Below, in pieces: positions 62,410 through 64,000 of a stretch of DNA of 64,000 bases. The stretch comes from Felis catus (Eukaryota): contig NC_058368.1 of assembly GCF_018350175.1 (NCBI RefSeq), positions 106,146,001-106,210,000 of the forward strand, read 5' to 3'. How positions within the stretch are numbered: position 1 is the first letter of the stretch; every line of letters starts with the position of its first letter. The position numbers and the translations under genes were made by a program. Under the pieces are notes generated by a model, which saw only the letters and a list, made by a program, of their open reading frames with translations, did not search any database and was not told where the DNA came from.

Positions 62410-63370
62410 ACATTCATTTAATAAATATTTATTGTACTGGGCATTATATTGGGTAAAACATACGGAGAAAGACCAGGCATGGTCTTGAATTTGCAAAGCT
62501 TAAAATACTAATAACAATCAAGTAACCTTATAAGTGGTATTTAATTGCAAGTCAGGTAAGTAATATGAGAAAAAGAACATGGTTCATAGGAGAATATGAC
62601 TTTGATACCTAGTCCAGGTATGTGGACTGGTGGGTGGGGAAGATGGTCAGGGAAGCTTCCGTGAGAAAGGAAGAATTGAGCTGAAATCTGGTGGTTGTGT
62701 AATGATAGTTCTCTAGATGAATAGGAAGACTAAAAGCCCTATATGTGGAGACAGAATGAGGGAATGAGGGCGACTCAGGAAGTGGGAGCAAAACAGCAGG
62801 AGTTAAAAAAATGTGCATTCCAAGAAATGAGAAAGGATCATTGTAGCAGTTGTATAAAGAGGGGAGAAGGAGAACGGCTCAAGATGAAGGAATAGGCGGG
62901 GACCAAACCGCAGAGAGCATTAGGTCAAGTTCCAGAATATTTTCTTTGTCTTAAGAGGAATGAAATGCTGATTAAATATTTGAAGCAGTTCTGCTTTTGC
63001 AAAAATTATGTTGGCTGAAGTGTATAGAATGGATCGGAGAGGAATGAAAGTGGCAGGGAGGAACCAGTTAAGAATCCGTTGCAGGAAACCCAACAGAGAT
63101 GATAGTAATCTGAATTAGGACAGTAGTGACACAGAGAGAAATAGGAATAAATTTAATAGGTATTTAGGTGGTAGATGGCAGGGTACTTGATGATAGATTT
63201 CATATTAAGACTTAACAAAAGTAAGGCTTGTGTCAGTAACGCTTGTGTAATAGGATGGTTGAAATGGAATTCTTGGGAAGGGGATCTGGTGTGAAGAGGA
63301 GTGTATTTTGGTTTTAGTTATAATGAGTTTGGGCGACCTTGAAATAGCTAAGAGAGAATGCTAAGTGGCA
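62410..63370 (-). mobile_element. L2 3' region
   Basis: cattcatttaataaatatttattg...ggtcagggaagcttcc...ccagttaagaa...gagatgatagt. Confidence 0.8.
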
Positions 63371-63689
63371 GGAAACTATTTTGACTTGCAGTTCAATCAT
63401 TGTGTTTTGGATGGCTGGAGCTACTTAACACCTCTTGTTCGGTTAGTAAGAAGAAAATGGTATGCTGAAGTTAGAGTTCCCCTGAGTCCGATCAAGTTTG
63501 CCTTCTGATCATGCAGAGTCTTCACTTAGTGCATCTATTGAATTCTATTTTGCTAGTCCCCCACTTTAACATCTGTAAGCCTAAACTTTATTATGTACCA
63601 CATATAATAAGGATTATAAACTATTTCGTTTTTAATGTACTCTAAAAGCAGCATTTAAAATTGAATTCCAAAAGTAATTTATGATTGGC

Positions 63690-63890
63690 TTGCCAGCGTG
63701 GCTTAGGTAGTTAAGCATCCGACCCTTGCTTTCAGCTCAGGTCATGATCTCATGGTTCATGAGATCAAGCCCTGTGTCAGGCTCTGTGCTGATAGCACGG
63801 ATTTTCTCTCTCTCTTTCTGTCTCTCTCTGCCCGTCCCCCACTCAAATATGTGTGTGTACACTCTCTCTAAATAAATAAATATTTAAAAA
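63690..63890 (+). mobile_element. Can-SINE
   Basis: SINE body and tail. Confidence 0.85.
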
Positions 63891-64000
63891 ATTTATGGTG
63901 TTTCTGACTGAAAAGAAAACAACCATCCTCCACTGAGATTCATAGAAAAAATGGCCAAGTATTTTGACCATTCATTCAACAAAATATTTGGTGGACCTCT

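Overview
Mammalian genomic DNA, almost certainly from a cat-family (feliform) carnivore, judged from about 35 tRNA-derived Can-SINEs of the SINEC_Fc type. The window is AT-rich and repeat-dense (L1, L2, MIR, MLT/ERV LTRs, microsatellites). I found no intact protein-coding gene, and many ORF-track hits are SINE or low-complexity artefacts. The main signal is on the minus strand between about 42.8 kb and 18.9 kb. There, 13 exon remnants, mostly GT-AG bounded and phase-compatible, translate (through stops and frameshifts) into a sequence that is collinear over nearly the full length with DNAAF9/C20orf194 (Shulin, the outer-arm dynein packaging factor), at low identity. The alignments were made by eye against the human protein as I remember it, so they need a real search. 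The best reading is an intron-containing, long-dead unitary pseudogene of an ancient DNAAF9 paralog with its own exon structure. Further splice-bounded, decayed exon candidates continue downstream (17.8 kb to 0.1 kb) and upstream (47.7, 55.2 and 60.6 kb). They may extend this gene or belong to neighbouring dead genes.
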